The notes: generated by a model from the sequence alone, not told the origin. Positions 13,839-26,848 are shown, numbered from the stretch's first letter. The stretch: DNA of 64,000 bases from Squalus acanthias (GCA_030390025.1 CM059425.1:171494001-171558000); one strand, 5' to 3'. Numbers and translations are program-made.

Positions 13839-13964
13839 AGTACTAACGGAATTTGCCAAAAAAAGCTATATTTAAGATGAGAATCCAATACTTTTAAACT
13901 ATTTTTCTCGGTGAATTTTTGTGGTTATTTCTGTGAAGGATGCTGATGCTTTTTCATTTAGGCC

Positions 13965-14620
13965 ATCCAGTGTCAGCAGACACTCTCTGGTCACGTAGTG
14001 CACAGGTTAGGATTAGAGAGTAAAGCTGTCTCTACTGTGCCTCAACCCCATCCCACTGAATCGGTATGATGTTTCCCATTTCCTACACCATGTATCCAGT
14101 GTTCGCTCTGACTGAGACTGTCAATTTAGGGACAGTTTCTGCTGTGTCCACATGTCCACTGGAATGGTGTTGAGACTTCCTCAACTCATTTCATAAAAAC
14201 ATAGAGGGAAACTGTTTCCACTAGCAGGAGGGTCAGTAACCAGAGGACACAGATTTAAGATAACTGGCAAAAGAACCAGAGGGGAAATGAGGAGGATATT
14301 TTTTACGATGTGAGTTATGATGATCTGGAAAGCACTGCCTGAAAGGGTGGTAGAAGCAGATTCAATAGTAACTTTCAAAAGGGAATTGGACAAATACTTG
14401 AAAAGGAAGAAGCTGCAGGGCTATGGGGAAAGAGCAGGGGAGTGGGACTAATTAGATAGTTCTTTCAAAGAGCCAGCACAGGCACGATGAGCTGAATGGC
14501 CTCGTTCTGTGCTGTACAAGTCTATAATTCCTACAGCCAAGAGACAGAAGAGCCTTTTATCCTCTCAGTATAGGCAGACATTGAAGATGGGTCATTGTGC
14601 TGCAAGAGCCCACCAATGCT
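13965..14620 (-). mobile_element. LF-SINE-like ancient SINE, interrupted by a CR1 tail
   Basis: Minus strand gaaatgagttgagg..gtctcaa..ccagtggacatgtggacac..gacagtctcag resembles the recalled LF-SINE core; head-like sequence resumes near 14531. Confidence 0.55.
14199..14528 (+). mobile_element. CR1 3' end fragment
   Basis: LFPLAGGSVTRGHRF..WKALPERVVEA followed by a CR1 3'UTR. Confidence 0.85.
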
Positions 14621-14859
14621 GCTCACCATGTCTCTAAGTCACTGACAAAATGTCACTTCAAAAAATTGTCAGGCTGTTGTTCATTGACATTTTCTGGAAG
14701 ATGCTAATATCTTAAAGAATGTGGTCGAGCAAAAAATCTTAGACATTAATTACACTAAGTCGGATTTTTGTCAGGAAAGTTCAATTCAGTTTGTTGGTTT
14801 CTTTTATTGTTAAATATATGGTTCATAGCAAAATAATTAGAATTATAATGTCTTCAGCA

Positions 14860-15592
14860 CAACAAGAACTTGCATTTATATAGCACCTCTAACGTAGTAA
14901 AATGTCCCAAAGTGCTTCACAGGAGGATTATAAGACAAAAATATGACACCGAGCCACATAAGGTGGAATATGGGCAGATGACCAAAAGCTTGGTCAAAGA
15001 AGTAGGTTTTAAGGAGCGTCCTAAAGGAGGAAAGAGATGTAGAGAGGCGGAGAGGTTTAGGGAGGGAGTTCCAGAGCTTATGGCTTAGACAGCTGAAGGC
15101 ATGGCCACCAATGGTTGAGCGATTAAAATCAGGGATGCTCAAGAGGCCAGAATTAGAGAAGCGCAGATATCTCGGGGGGCTGGAGGAGATTACAGAGATA
15201 GGGAGGGGCGAGGCCATGGAGGAATTTGAAAACAAGGAATTTTGAAATCGAGGCGTTGCTTCACCGGGAGCCAATGTAGGTCAGCGAGCACAGGGGTGAT
15301 GGGTGAACGGGACTTGGTGCGAGTTAGGACACGGGCAGCCTAATTTTGGATGACCTCAAGTTTACGTAGAACGTGGGAGGCCATCCAGGCGTGCATTGGA
15401 ATAGTCAAGTCTAGAGGTAACAGAAGCATGGATGAGGTTTCAGCAGCGGATTAACTGAGGCAGGGGCGGAGATGGGCGATATTACGGAGGGGGAAATAGG
15501 TGGTCTTAGTTATGCTGCGGCTATGCGGTCGGAAGCTCACTTCAGGGTCAAATATGACACCAAGGTTGCAAACAGTGTGGTTCAGCCTCACT
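14860..15592 (-). mobile_element. L2 LINE 3' fragment, same family as 269-1050
   Basis: Colinear with 269-1000; same caacaa-cttgcatttatatag tail. Confidence 0.9.
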
Positions 15593-16409
15593 GAACAGTA
15601 TGGTATAAAAACAGACTGCAGCAGTATTTGACTTCAGTCATTCAATATTCAGTAGAGTATGTGTCCCATGAGTCCTGTGTTCTGCAAAGCCAATGGCAAC
15701 AAACCCAACCAAATAACTGAAGAAGAATGTTTAATGTCATTCCAGAAAACTTCACTCAGGTTTCATCCCCGCAGCATGCAACAGGGAGGAGAGCCCACAC
15801 TTTTATCACACTGTAGTACATTCCAAAGGCCAATTTAAACCACAAGCAACACATTTCCAATCAGGCCAAACTACCTCACTAAAGATGGCAAAGAAATGCA
15901 ATTGCTAGATTTAATTTCAACAAAAGAAAAATTATTGCACATTTATAACCATATGCCTTGATAGTCAGGAAACGACTTGGACAGTTCAGCTGAGCACAGA
16001 GGCTGGAGGTTTAATAGTAACCTAGATATAGTACAATATATCTAAAAATGACAAGGTAATTTAACAGAAGATTTTAGGTTTCATTGTAGCTAATTGCTAT
16101 TTTAAAAAAAGTTCCACGCTACTGGGACAGGTAATTAAAATGAACTAAGCTCTTGAAGATGTTAAATTAAGTGGTGTTCTATTGACTCTGCTGCAAGCCA
16201 GTAGGGCACACTGATATGGTAATACTGTAGGGGCTCTTTTTTCCACCAGGACCTTCAACAAATGTTACGTGCTTATTTGTTAAATATATTCAAACACTTC
16301 ATCTCTCTGCCTTTGGACCTTGGCAATCAGGCTCAATTCCTCCAATATACTGGTGTATATTTTCAAGTTAACCTAATGTACCTGGTCTTATATTCCCAAC
16401 AGGATCACA

Positions 16410-17016
16410 CAAGGTTTCAATGAAGCTCAATGCAAGCTCAAGGAACAGCACCTCATCTTTCTACAAGGCACTTTACAACCTTCTGCTCTAAACATTGACT
16501 TTAATAACTTCAGACCTTATCCTCTGCTTCCATTTTCTCTCAGACAGCAGGTGTTGGTAATGTAGGATGGGTACACCAGAGCTACTGGGAATGGGGGAGG
16601 CGTGGATTGGTGCTTGGGATGTGGATGCCACATTGGGGTCTAACTGCATTTTTCCCATCACATTCTGTGGTAACCATTCACACGTCCTCTGGACAGATCT
16701 TTAGCTTCTTTATTTCCTCTCATTACCACCACCTTTTGCCTTGCAGCATTATCACTTCTGTCATTTAATCATCTCCTGCCTGTCACCCAATCACAAACCT
16801 CTCCTTTTTTCGTTTTCTGCCCCCCTTTGCTGGCTATGCACCTGTTTAAAAGCCTGTACCTGTTTATCTGTAACATTTTCCAGTTTTGACAAAAGATCAT
16901 CAACCTGAAACGTTTACTCTGTTTCTCTCTCCACAGATGCTGCCTGACCTGCTGAGTATTTCCAGCATTTTCTGTTTAAATTTCAGATTTCCTGCATCTG
17001 CAGTATTTTTCTTTTA
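16410..17016 (+). mobile_element. Old Penelope-like element 3' fragment (GIY-YIG end, tail and degenerate hammerhead)
   Basis: gaagctcaatgcaagctcaaggaacagcacctcatcttt matches 49911-49950; tail 16881-17016 matches 50286-50420. Confidence 0.8.
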
Positions 17017-17989
17017 CTAAACACAGTCACCTCATTTAATGCAGTTCAGCACAAGTGGTATACAGCACTGCAAGAATTACCATCCATAGCTGTTCATTAA
17101 GTAAAGGGAATCTAATGTTACTGCACGATAAGGTGAAATCAAAATGACATATAGTTTAAAACAACCTTTGTCCATTCACCATCACTCTCCCAAAGAGAGT
17201 AGAGGGAGGCAGGATATAAAGAAGTGCAATGAAAAGGCAACTATGTGACAGCAATTTTAAAAACATGCAAAGATCTTCCTGCAAATCACATTGACCTTGC
17301 TATCATTTTGGTTGTAAAATACAATGTAAGAATGGTATTTGAATGTAAAAGGCAGTTAGACTCACAGACATACAAGGAACAGTTGCTGCATTTATGTGTT
17401 TTTCATGTGTGTACTTGGGAGTCTTTCTCCTTTACGAATTATCCCTACAACAATCTGGTCAACCAGTCTGTGATTTGAGGAACATATTAATACATCAATA
17501 AACCCTAAACATAAGGAAGATTTGCATCATCATCACATCACATTTAAATTTGTCACGAGGATATTTTCAAATGCTTCCAAAAACAGATGTAAGATAAGAT
17601 ATGGTGTAGGGTATTAATAGTACATTATAATATTAGCTCACGACTAATTGTGTTGAGCCTCCCTGTTTGGTATTAGTATGACTAATGTGATTAGTGTACT
17701 TTATGTTAAGATGTTGGTCATGCATGGAATGTGCATCCATGGTGAGTTGGCAGTGACAATGTGATTTATATCATGTTACTTTTTGTTTTAATCTTATTCA
17801 AAGTTCTGCCACTCCATCCAACAAACATGTGTTTGTTGGGTGGCTGATCTGCTTTAAATAACTAAAATTACAAAGTGCATGTTTACAGGTCATATTAGAA
17901 TACCTCAGCTGCCATGCCAAGCTTGAAGCCAAGAATAAAATGCCATGGCTCCACTTATCGCTCAGAGAGTTTACCAAGTAACTAGTTGA

Positions 17990-18310
17990 GTCATACAGAC
18001 CATGGAGATTAAATTGAATCTCTACTCTGAGCTGTTAGCTTATCTCAGCTGAAGCAGTGGTACAGGTGCAACAATTGGCCTTTGTGCTTCTAAATTAGAA
18101 TAGGGATAAAGAGACCATTACCCAATGACCGCTGCTGAAAGTGCGCATGTGTGGATGTCGGTTGAGGATAGGATGAGGCTTGGCTATGATGTCCGCAGTT
18201 AAGTACCTTGATGATAATCATTCTGAAAGCTTATATACAAATAACAGTCACTTAGTGAGGTTCCAGATGGATCCTGGTGTCGGTGGAGCCATAGCCAGCA
18301 AACAATCAAC
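17990..18310 (+). mobile_element. Ancient Nin-domain (AmnSINE2/MER131-like) SINE
   Basis: gttagcttatctcagct..acaattggcc..gctgctgaaagtgcgcatgtgtggatgtcggttgaggataggat; related copies near 21700-22000 (-) and 46060-46330 (+); family assignment is from memory. Confidence 0.55.
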
Positions 18311-18493
18311 TAATTCAAAAGAAAGAACAAGAACTTGCATTTATATAGCACATGTCCCAACACACTTCACAATTACCTTTTAAAGTTGTTATGCAGGCAA
18401 ATATGTATCCATGAGAGGGCGAGCAAGGAGAACATTTGTGAGAAAAAAATCAGATGGTATATAATACATAACCATAATTTTGATTTACACATT

Positions 18494-19193
18494 GGCCTAG
18501 AAATTCCTTTCCCTACGGGTGTGTACGCGCTGCCAACGGAAGTGTCGGTTTTACGCATGCACTGCGCATGCGCTGGAAACTGGCACTTCCGTTCTCTGCA
18601 GAAAGGGCTTCCCAGGTCAAACGCCTGCGCTGGATAGGCAGCGCGTACGTTAAAAACTTCCGTTTTTTTCACACTGGCTTGAGTCCAGGTAAGTCGGGAA
18701 CAGCTGTGCCTTGAAAAGCAGGCACAAGGCCTGCTTTTAGCAGGCTAATAGTTTATGAAAGTAAAAAAAAAATTTACTCCACTGATTTATCATTTTAAAA
18801 TACTTCAAAGAAAGGTAAGTTTATTTTTAGCCCCGTTAAAAACTTTAATTATTTTTTTCAAAAATTTAAATTTTTGTTTAAAATAGTTAATTTATGCAAT
18901 TTATAATCATTTTAAAAATGTGATGTTTTTTAAAAAATTTATTTGAAGTTTTACTTCCTGTCAAATCTATGAATGGAGATTCCCTGCTCTGATTGGCTCC
19001 CCATGGCCCACGTGATCCCAGGGACGCTGTGAACTAGCTGCGCCGCTGGGATACGCGTGCCCTGCACACCAGCAGTTTGAAGAGGCACAGCAACGGAATT
19101 CTGCGCCTCCCGGGAGCCCTCCGGTCCAGGCGCAGATTTTTCCGAATTGCAGCCCTCCGCCCGCGGGAAGGCTGCAAACGGAATTTCTGGGCC
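18494..19193. mobile_element. Non-autonomous Harbinger-type MITE
   Basis: TIRs ggcctagaaattcc and ggaatttctgggcc (1 mismatch in 14); 3-nt flanks att/aat; GC-rich ends around an AT-rich middle. Confidence 0.8.
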
Positions 19194-21699
19194 AATACAT
19201 ATATAATCAGTCGTTTGAATGTTTGTGGGAAGTGACAATTATTGAAGAAATTCCAGAGAGATATGATGATCTATGGGGGTGGGGGGGGACAATTTCTCCA
19301 CTAACCATCAATATCACTATACAATCTAACATGGCATAATACAAGGCCCCTTGCACATGCAAGATATTGAAATCCTTTGAACAGAGAACTGCAGTGTAAT
19401 TAGAGAAAACAGGGGAGAAATGGAGCTTTCAAGGTTGTGAAATAATGTTATTTATAGCTAGCTATGGATTATTGCTCCTAGTTTGACATATCTTCAAATA
19501 CTACAACATAATTGCAACATTATACTTATACCTACAAAAAATGTGCAGTGACAAACTCTTGTAATTAAATCACATCTTCAGAAAAACATGGATTTTGCCT
19601 TAGTTTTTTATAAAAAATTCTTGAACAAGTACAATTTGACTTTCAGAGTTAGTTGCCTCTGAGCAGCTTGTCAGTGGTGTGACGTTAGTGATGTTTCAAG
19701 TTAAACGGCTAGTAAATACATTCAAAATGTAGCTTTTCATCTTCACAGCCCCTAAAAATGTCTCCTGCACTGTTACTTGAAACAGAGTCAGAAACCGATT
19801 TTCCATGTTCCTGGGTGGAAGTGAACGAAAGCAAATATCCACATGGCTCTTGACAGGGTACCAGAAACACCTGAAACCCCAAACTAGGGTCAACTAAAGG
19901 TTAAATTCTGCTCCCCCAACCGTGCAAGAAGCTGTATGCAAAATTATTTCAGGAATGGTCCAAATTAGATTCCAGCACAAAATATCGAATACTGCTTGAA
20001 AGCTCTTCACATTGAAAGAAGCAGCATTATGCCTGCCTATCTGAGGTCCCTCTGCAAGTTATCTTAACTTCCTCAGAGCTTAAATAGAAGATTTGATTAA
20101 CCAGCCTGCCAGAAAGTGTGTTTACTTTTCTTCCTTCAAATGTGTTAACAAGTTTCTAAGGGGATTGTTATACTACAGGTACTGGCTTAAGAACCAGTAT
20201 GTGTTAGGAACGTAAGAATTGCTCGACATAAAAGAACAAGTTCCATCTAGTTCGCTTTCTACCATCCTGGTAGTCACATGATACAACAATAATGGAGTTG
20301 CTGATTAATCATAGCAATCAATCTCTATCAGTTGGTCTACAACAGACCCATACATGAGGCAAGGAAACACCTAATCGTGGAGAGGGTAAGGAACCATAGG
20401 TCCAAAGTCACCTGTTCCTCACAAGCATGCTACACTTACCACATGTCACATCTCAAATTATTTCTATGTTCAGAGCAACACTGGGCTGGAGACTCAACTT
20501 ACACTCTGCCAGTTGTGCCTTACTCTCTAGGGACAATGATGTCCTGGGGATGAGTGGCTGCACCCATGCATAGAGCTTTAATCAGTTCCGGTAGAATCCC
20601 AGCAAATTTTAATGATGTAACAGTCAGCTTTCTGTTCAGGTTAAAAATATTAAAATTGAAGCTTAAAAAGTTCTTTTTGAACTTTTTAAAACTTCACTTC
20701 ACACTGGTTGCTGTTACACTGCAGCGGTTGCAGAGCATCTGCATAAATTTAATTCAGGCAACGTCGCAAAATTATACTATGCCATTTACAACAATGTGAA
20801 GTAGAAACCACTTTGCATCAACTATAAAAGGTATGATGAACTGATGGGCTACTGTTTGAAATGGAACAGATTTTTTTTAATAAAAAAATCTTTTGAGGAC
20901 CAAAACTGGACAGACACATTTACTCATAGAATAATATGAAGCACTCCATACAAAAAGACCACTTCTGGTGAAGGCCATAATTTTGTGAACAGCAATTTTG
21001 CCATTGCAATGTAACTTCTCTTTCCATTAGGTGCACTAGCAATGGTATAGACAAACTGGGAGAACATTACTTCACTGACCCCCAGGCCTTCAACACACTT
21101 GTAAAATCCTTCCCAATAAAGTGAATCAAGGATGCCAAAACATTTCAACATAACTTGAGGCTGTCCAGTTATACAGAGCTGACTTTTACACCAGATTTAC
21201 TGTAACGCCAGAATCCCCAGATAAATGCACATCAACCAGACGATGCCCATAAAATGGAACATAAAACAGATTGCTGTTGGGATCAAAGGAGGATTTTCTC
21301 CCCCAAGCTTTCCTTTGCAAAGATCTTTTCATTTGATCTTTTAATATCAGAATAAACCGGGTCAACACTATCACTGACTGCTAAAAGTAACTCATTGAAC
21401 TGCAGTAAGGGTAGCAATAATGTCTTTATGAAAAGATATCAGAGAAAATGCACAAATCTACAAATATTTTATGATGCATGAAGTCAAAGCAATGAGGACC
21501 CGACATGTCATCTGACACATCACTGTGTGTTGGTAGAAATTGTAACAAGCTCCACAATACATTAGTACCAACAATGTTAATTACCTCCACCCAACTTTTC
21601 TCCCCCTACTCCGAAGGCAGCATCTCATGTTGCAGTGCAGTTCTGCAGGTGCCAGCAGTCCTTCAGTACTTTTCTTAAATAGTCATTCTTAATGCTTGA

Positions 21700-22000
21700 A
21701 TGTAGACAGCACCAATGGGTATATTGGACTCGGATGGGGGTGTGTGGGGTGGGAGGAATATCATGGCTGGGTCCAATCTTGTTCTTACCCAACATCCAAA
21801 CAAGTGCACCTTCCAACAGAGGTCAGTGAATAGGGATCAGCAACAGGAGCCCCATCAGGATTTTGCCCTCGCCACTCTGGTGTTGCTGAGTCCAACAGTT
21901 GTATCCCTACTGTTGCCTTGCCTAACTTGGCAAAAACCAGAGAGGTAACCCTCGAAACTTCTCCTTAATATGGTTCACAACCACACAGTGGGGCCCTTAA
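21700..22000 (-). mobile_element. Nin-domain-like SINE remnant
   Basis: cttacccaacatccaaacaagtgcaccttccaacagaggtca is the reverse complement of the core at 18125-18170. Confidence 0.5.
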
Positions 22001-22439
22001 TTTTTTGTAATGTTATAAATCAATTTACTAGACAGAAGTCAACTATTTCCAAACAGGAAACTAAATTGTAGGCACTAAATTGTTCATACTCCCTCAGCAG
22101 TTGTATAATCATTCTGGTTTTGAAATGAGCAGCACAGAGTAACAGAAATTACAGTACAGAGGGAGGCCATTCAACTCACCATGTTGGTACTACCTGTTCA
22201 GCTTCTCTGCTCTTTCCTTGTAACCTTTTATATTTTTCATTCCCAATGACTTATTGAATTCCCTTTTAAAATGCTAGTTATTCAGTATACTCTTAATTTA
22301 AAATTGCTTAAAATTATCTGATAATTAAACTTTTTCTTAGCACTAGATAGTTATTTGCATTGCTTAATTTGAGCTACTGGAGAATTCCGTTTTTTTTTAA
22401 GTGTAAAAAATGTCGCTGAATTATCAGGAGTTAACATAA

Positions 22440-22760
22440 TGTCCACCTCAATAGCCTCTTTTTGGTAAAGCATTCCATGCTCTATGAACAATCTGAGTGG
22501 GGGAAAAAAAATAATTTCCCCTTTCACTCTTCTAGTGATCGTCCTCAGTCTATGCTCCCTTGTAGACTCGCCAACAAGCGGAAACAATCTTTCACCGTTT
22601 ACCCTCTTAAAACCTTTAGCAATTTTGAAAACAATTTTCAAATCCTTCTTAGTCTTCTCTGCTCCCATGAAAAAAAGCACCAAATTTTTCGAGCCTTTAT
22701 TTCACAACTATAACCTCTCATTCTTGGTATCATTCTCGTGAATATTCACTCTACTCTATG
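22440..22760 (-). mobile_element. Old CR1 3' fragment
   Basis: ORF 22351..22683: DLKIVFKIAKGFKRVNGERLFPLVGES. Confidence 0.75.
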
Positions 22761-22764
22761 TCTG

Positions 22765-24666
22765 TGGGACGAGAGGATAAACTAAATAGTTGGGGGGGAG
22801 GATTCAAGCGAGGGGAAATTTAGAAAGTTACAGAGAAAGGACAGGGCAATAGTGCAGGGTAGCGATATGGGCAATGAAAACCAGAGTGTGACAGGAAGGG
22901 ACAGAGCGTACAAACATAAGAGTGCGCCAGCAAATAAGGTCAGAGTAAGGAAAAATGATAAAGACACAAAATTAAAGGCTCTTTATCTGAATGCACGAAG
23001 CAGTCGTAACAAGATAGATGAATTGACGGCACAAATAGAAATAAATGAGTATGATCTAATAGCTATCACAGAGACGTGGTTGCAATGTGACCAAGGCTGG
23101 GAACTGAATATTCAGGGGTGTTTGACATTTCTGAAGGAGAGATAGAAAGGAAAAGGAGGTGGGGTAGCTCTGTTAATAAAGGATGAGATCAGTTAGAAAT
23201 GAACTTGGCTCGGAAGTTCCAGATGTAGAATCAATTTGGGTGGAGGTAAGAAATAGTAAGGGAAAGGCGGCACTGGTGGGAATAGTCTATAGGCCCTCTA
23301 ACAGTAGCTACACTATAGGACAGAGTATACATCAAGAAATAATGGGGGCTTGTAAGAAAGGTACTGCAATAATCGTGGGCGATTTTAATCTTCATATTGA
23401 TTGGACAAATCAAATTGGCAAAAGCAGCCTTGAGGACGAGTTCATAGAATGTATTCGGGACAGTTTCTTGGAACAATACGTTGTGGAACCGACCAGGGAA
23501 TAGGCTATTTTAGATCTGGTAATGTGTAATGAAACAGGATTAATTAATGATCTCATAGTAAAGGATCCTCTAGGGAAGAGTGATCATAACATGATAAAAT
23601 TCCACATTCAGTTTGAAGGTGAGAAACTTGGGTCTGAAACTAGAGTATTAAACTGAAATAAAGGCAATTACAAAGGTATGAGGAGAGAGTTGGCTTAACA
23701 AGGTCAATCAGGGGCAAGTCCCACTGGTTGGCCAGAAGCTGATGGAGGCGGGACTGAAACTCGGCAAGCAGCAGTCCCGCCTCCAACATGTCTCCATTCA
23801 TAAAATCCAGCCCAAAGAGTCTGCAAAGGGATATAGATAGGTTAAGTGAGTGGGCAAGAATTTAGCAGATGGAGTATAATGTGGGAAAATGTGAAGTTAT
23901 CCACTTTGTTAGGAAGAATAGAAAAGAAAAATATTATTTAAATGGAGAAAGACTACAGAATGGGTGTCATCGTACATGAAACACAAAAAGTTAACATGCA
24001 GGTGCAGCAAGTAATTAGGAAGGCAAATGGAATGTTGGCCTTTATTTCAAGGGGGAGAGTGTATAAAAGTAGGGAAATCTTGCTACAACTGTATAGGGCG
24101 CTGGTGAGACCACACCTAGAGTACTGCGTACAGTTTTGGTCCTCTTATTTAAGGAGGGATATACTTGCAATGGAGGCAGTTCAGAGAAGGTTCACTAGGT
24201 TGATTCCTGGGATGAAAGGGTTGTCTTATGAGGAAAGGTTGAGCCTATACTCATTGGAGTTTAGAAAAATGAGAGGTGATCTTATTGAAACATACAAGAT
24301 TCTGAGGGGGTTGGACAGGGTAGATGCTGAGAGGATGTTTCCCCTCGTCAGGGAATCTAGAATGATGGGGCATAGTCTCAGAATAAGGGGTTGCCCATTT
24401 AAGACGGAGATGAGGATGAATTTCTTCTCTCAGAGAGTCGCGAATCTTTGGAATTCTTTACCCCAGAGAGCTGTAGATGTTGAGTCATTGAATATATTCA
24501 AGGCTGAGATAGACAGATTTTTGAGCAACAGGGGAGTCAAGGGTTATGGGGAGTGGGCAGGAAAGTGGAGTTGAGGCTAAAATCGGATCAGCCATGATCT
24601 CATTAAATGGCGGAGCAGGCTCGAGGGGCCGAATGGCCTATTCCTGCTCTTATTTCTTATGCTCTT
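22765..24666 (+). mobile_element. CR1 LINE, internally deleted (APE joined to RT C-terminus through a MITE end)
   Basis: LYLNARS, AITETW and GDFN up to ~23697; foreign sequence 23698-23813; RT C-terminus and 3'UTR 23814-24666. Confidence 0.88.
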
Positions 24667-24730
24667 GTCGGGGAATTGGTGGACGGGGTGGGGGGCGGGT
24701 GGATAGTAGAATAGGTCTTTGGGTAAGACT

Positions 24731-24815
24731 AGGGAGGGGATTGGAAGAGGGAGGGGATTGGAAGAGGGAGGGGATTGGAAGAGGGAGGGGATTGGAAGAG
24801 GGAGAGGGGATTTTG
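24731..24815 (+). repeat. Purine-rich ~17-bp tandem repeat (gagggaggggattggaa)n
   Basis: About 4-5 imperfect copies are visible. Confidence 0.85.
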
Positions 24816-24892
24816 GATGAGGTTTGTAGAGGAGGGCATGGGGGCTGGTGTTCCAGTTGGCGGGGAAGGGGTAAAAGTGGAAGATAGAGAAG

Positions 24893-26848
24893 GTGGCTCA
24901 ACCATGGCTAACAAGGGAAATCAGGGATAGTATTAAAAGCAAGGAAGTGGCATACAAATTGGCCAGAAGTAGCAGCAAACCCGGGGACTGGGAGAACTTT
25001 AAAACTCAGCAGAGGAGGACGAAGGGTTTGATTAGGGCAGGGAAAATAAAATATGAAAGGAAGCTTGCGGAGAACATTAAAATGGACTGCAAAAGCTTCT
25101 ATAAATATGTAAAAAGAAAGAGGTTAGTAAAAACAAACATAGGTCCCCTGCAGTCAGAAACAGGGGAAGTCATAATGGGGAACAAAGAAATGGCAGATCA
25201 ACTGAACAAGTACTTTGGTTCGGTGTTTACTGTGGAGGACACAAACAACCTTCCGGAAATAAAAGAGATCAAAGGATCTGGTAAGAGGGAGGAGCTGAGG
25301 AAAATCCTTATCAGTCGGGAAAAGGTGTTGGGGAAATTGATGGGACTGAAGGCTGATAAATCCCCAGGGCCTGATGGTCTGCATTCCAGAGCACTTAAGG
25401 AGGTGGCCTTGGAAATAGTGGATGCATTGACGATCATTTTCCAACATTCCTTAGACTCTGGATCAGTTCCGAAGGAGTGGAGGGTGGCTAATGTAACCCC
25501 TCTTTTTAAAAAAGGAGGGAGGGAGAAAGCAGGGAATTATAGACCGGTCAGCCTGACATCGGTGGTGGGTAAAATGATGGAATCAATTATTAAAGATGTC
25601 ATAACAGACCATTTGGAAAGTGGCGACATGATAGGTCCAAGTCAGCATGGATTTGTGAAAGGGAAATCATGCTTGACAAATCTTCTGGAATTTTTTGAGG
25701 ATGTTTCCAATAGGGTGGACGGGGGGGAACCAGTAGATGTGGTGTATTTGGACTTTCAGAAGGCCTTCGACAAGGTCCCACACAAGAGATTGGTGTGCAA
25801 AGTTAAAGCACATGGGATTGGGGGTAATGTGTTGACGTGGATTGAGAACTGGTTGGCACACAGGAAACAAAGAGTAGGAGTAAATGGGTACTTTTCAGAA
25901 TGGCAGGCAGTGACCAGCGGGGTACCGCAGGGTTCGGTGCTGGGGCCCCAGCTGTTTACATTATATATTAATGATTTGGACGAAGGGATTAATTGTAATA
26001 TCTCCAAATTTGCGGATGACACTAAATTGGGAGGCAGTGTGAACAATGAGGAGGATGCTAGGAGGCTACAGAGTGACTTGGACAGGTTGGGTGAATGGGC
26101 AAATGTATGGCAGATGAAGTACAATGTGGATAAATGTGAGGTTATCCACTTTGGTGGTAAAAATAGGGAGGCAGACTATTACCTGAATGGTGGCAGATTA
26201 GGGAAAGGGGAGGTGCAACGAGACCTGGGCGTCATGGTACATCAGTCACTGAAGGTGGGAAGGCAAGTGCAGCAGGCAGTCAAGAAAGCAAATGGCATGA
26301 TGGCCTTCATAGCAAGGGGATTTGAGTACGGGAGTAGGGAGATGATGCTGCAGTTGTACAGGGCCTTGGTGAGGCCACACCTGGAGTATTGTGTGCAGTT
26401 TTGGTCTCCTAACTTGAGGAAGGACATTCTTGCTATTGAGGGAGTGCAACGAAGGTTCACTAGATTGATTCCTGGGATGTCCAGACTGACATATCAAGAA
26501 AGACTGGATCAACTGAACTTGTATCCTCTGGAGTTCAGAAGAATGAGGGGGGATCTTATAGAGACATTTAAAATCCTGACTGGTTCAGACAAATTAGATG
26601 CGGGCAGAATGTTTCCAATGTTAGGGAAAACTAAAACCAGGGGTCACAGTCTAAGGATAAAGGGGAAGCCATTTAAGACTGAGATGAGGAGGAATTTCTT
26701 CACCCAGAGAGTGGTGAATCTGTGGAATTCTCTACCACAGAAGGTTGTTGAGGCCAGTTCGCTAAATATATTCAAAAGGGAGTTAGATATAATACTCACA
26801 ACTAGGGGGATCAAGGGGTATGGCGAGAAAGCAGGAATGGGGTACTGA
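24893..26848 (+). CDS. CR1 ORF2 linker plus RT (651 aa, no endonuclease domain)
   Basis: [28 protein letters not shown] and intact FADD; the GTG start lies at the truncation junction. Confidence 0.8.
   Translation: MAQPWLTREIRDSIKSKEVAYKLARSSSKPGDWENFKTQQRRTKGLIRAGKIKYERKLAENIKMDCKSFYKYVKRKRLVKTNIGPLQSETGEVIMGNKEMADQLNKYFGSVFTVEDTNNLPEIKEIKGSGKREELRKILISREKVLGKLMGLKADKSPGPDGLHSRALKEVALEIVDALTIIFQHSLDSGSVPKEWRVANVTPLFKKGGREKAGNYRPVSLTSVVGKMMESIIKDVITDHLESGDMIGPSQHGFVKGKSCLTNLLEFFEDVSNRVDGGEPVDVVYLDFQKAFDKVPHKRLVCKVKAHGIGGNVLTWIENWLAHRKQRVGVNGYFSEWQAVTSGVPQGSVLGPQLFTLYINDLDEGINCNISKFADDTKLGGSVNNEEDARRLQSDLDRLGEWANVWQMKYNVDKCEVIHFGGKNREADYYLNGGRLGKGEVQRDLGVMVHQSLKVGRQVQQAVKKANGMMAFIARGFEYGSREMMLQLYRALVRPHLEYCVQFWSPNLRKDILAIEGVQRRFTRLIPGMSRLTYQERLDQLNLYPLEFRRMRGDLIETFKILTGSDKLDAGRMFPMLGKTKTRGHSLRIKGKPFKTEMRRNFFTQRVVNLWNSLPQKVVEASSLNIFKRELDIILTTRGIKGYGEKAGMGY

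Noticed and set aside
16881..16920. Functional hammerhead
   Set aside because: Core (ttgacaa) and stems are decayed
19778..19871. Possible minus-strand exon (tttcag|GTG...)
   Set aside because: Weak donor and no recognisable product
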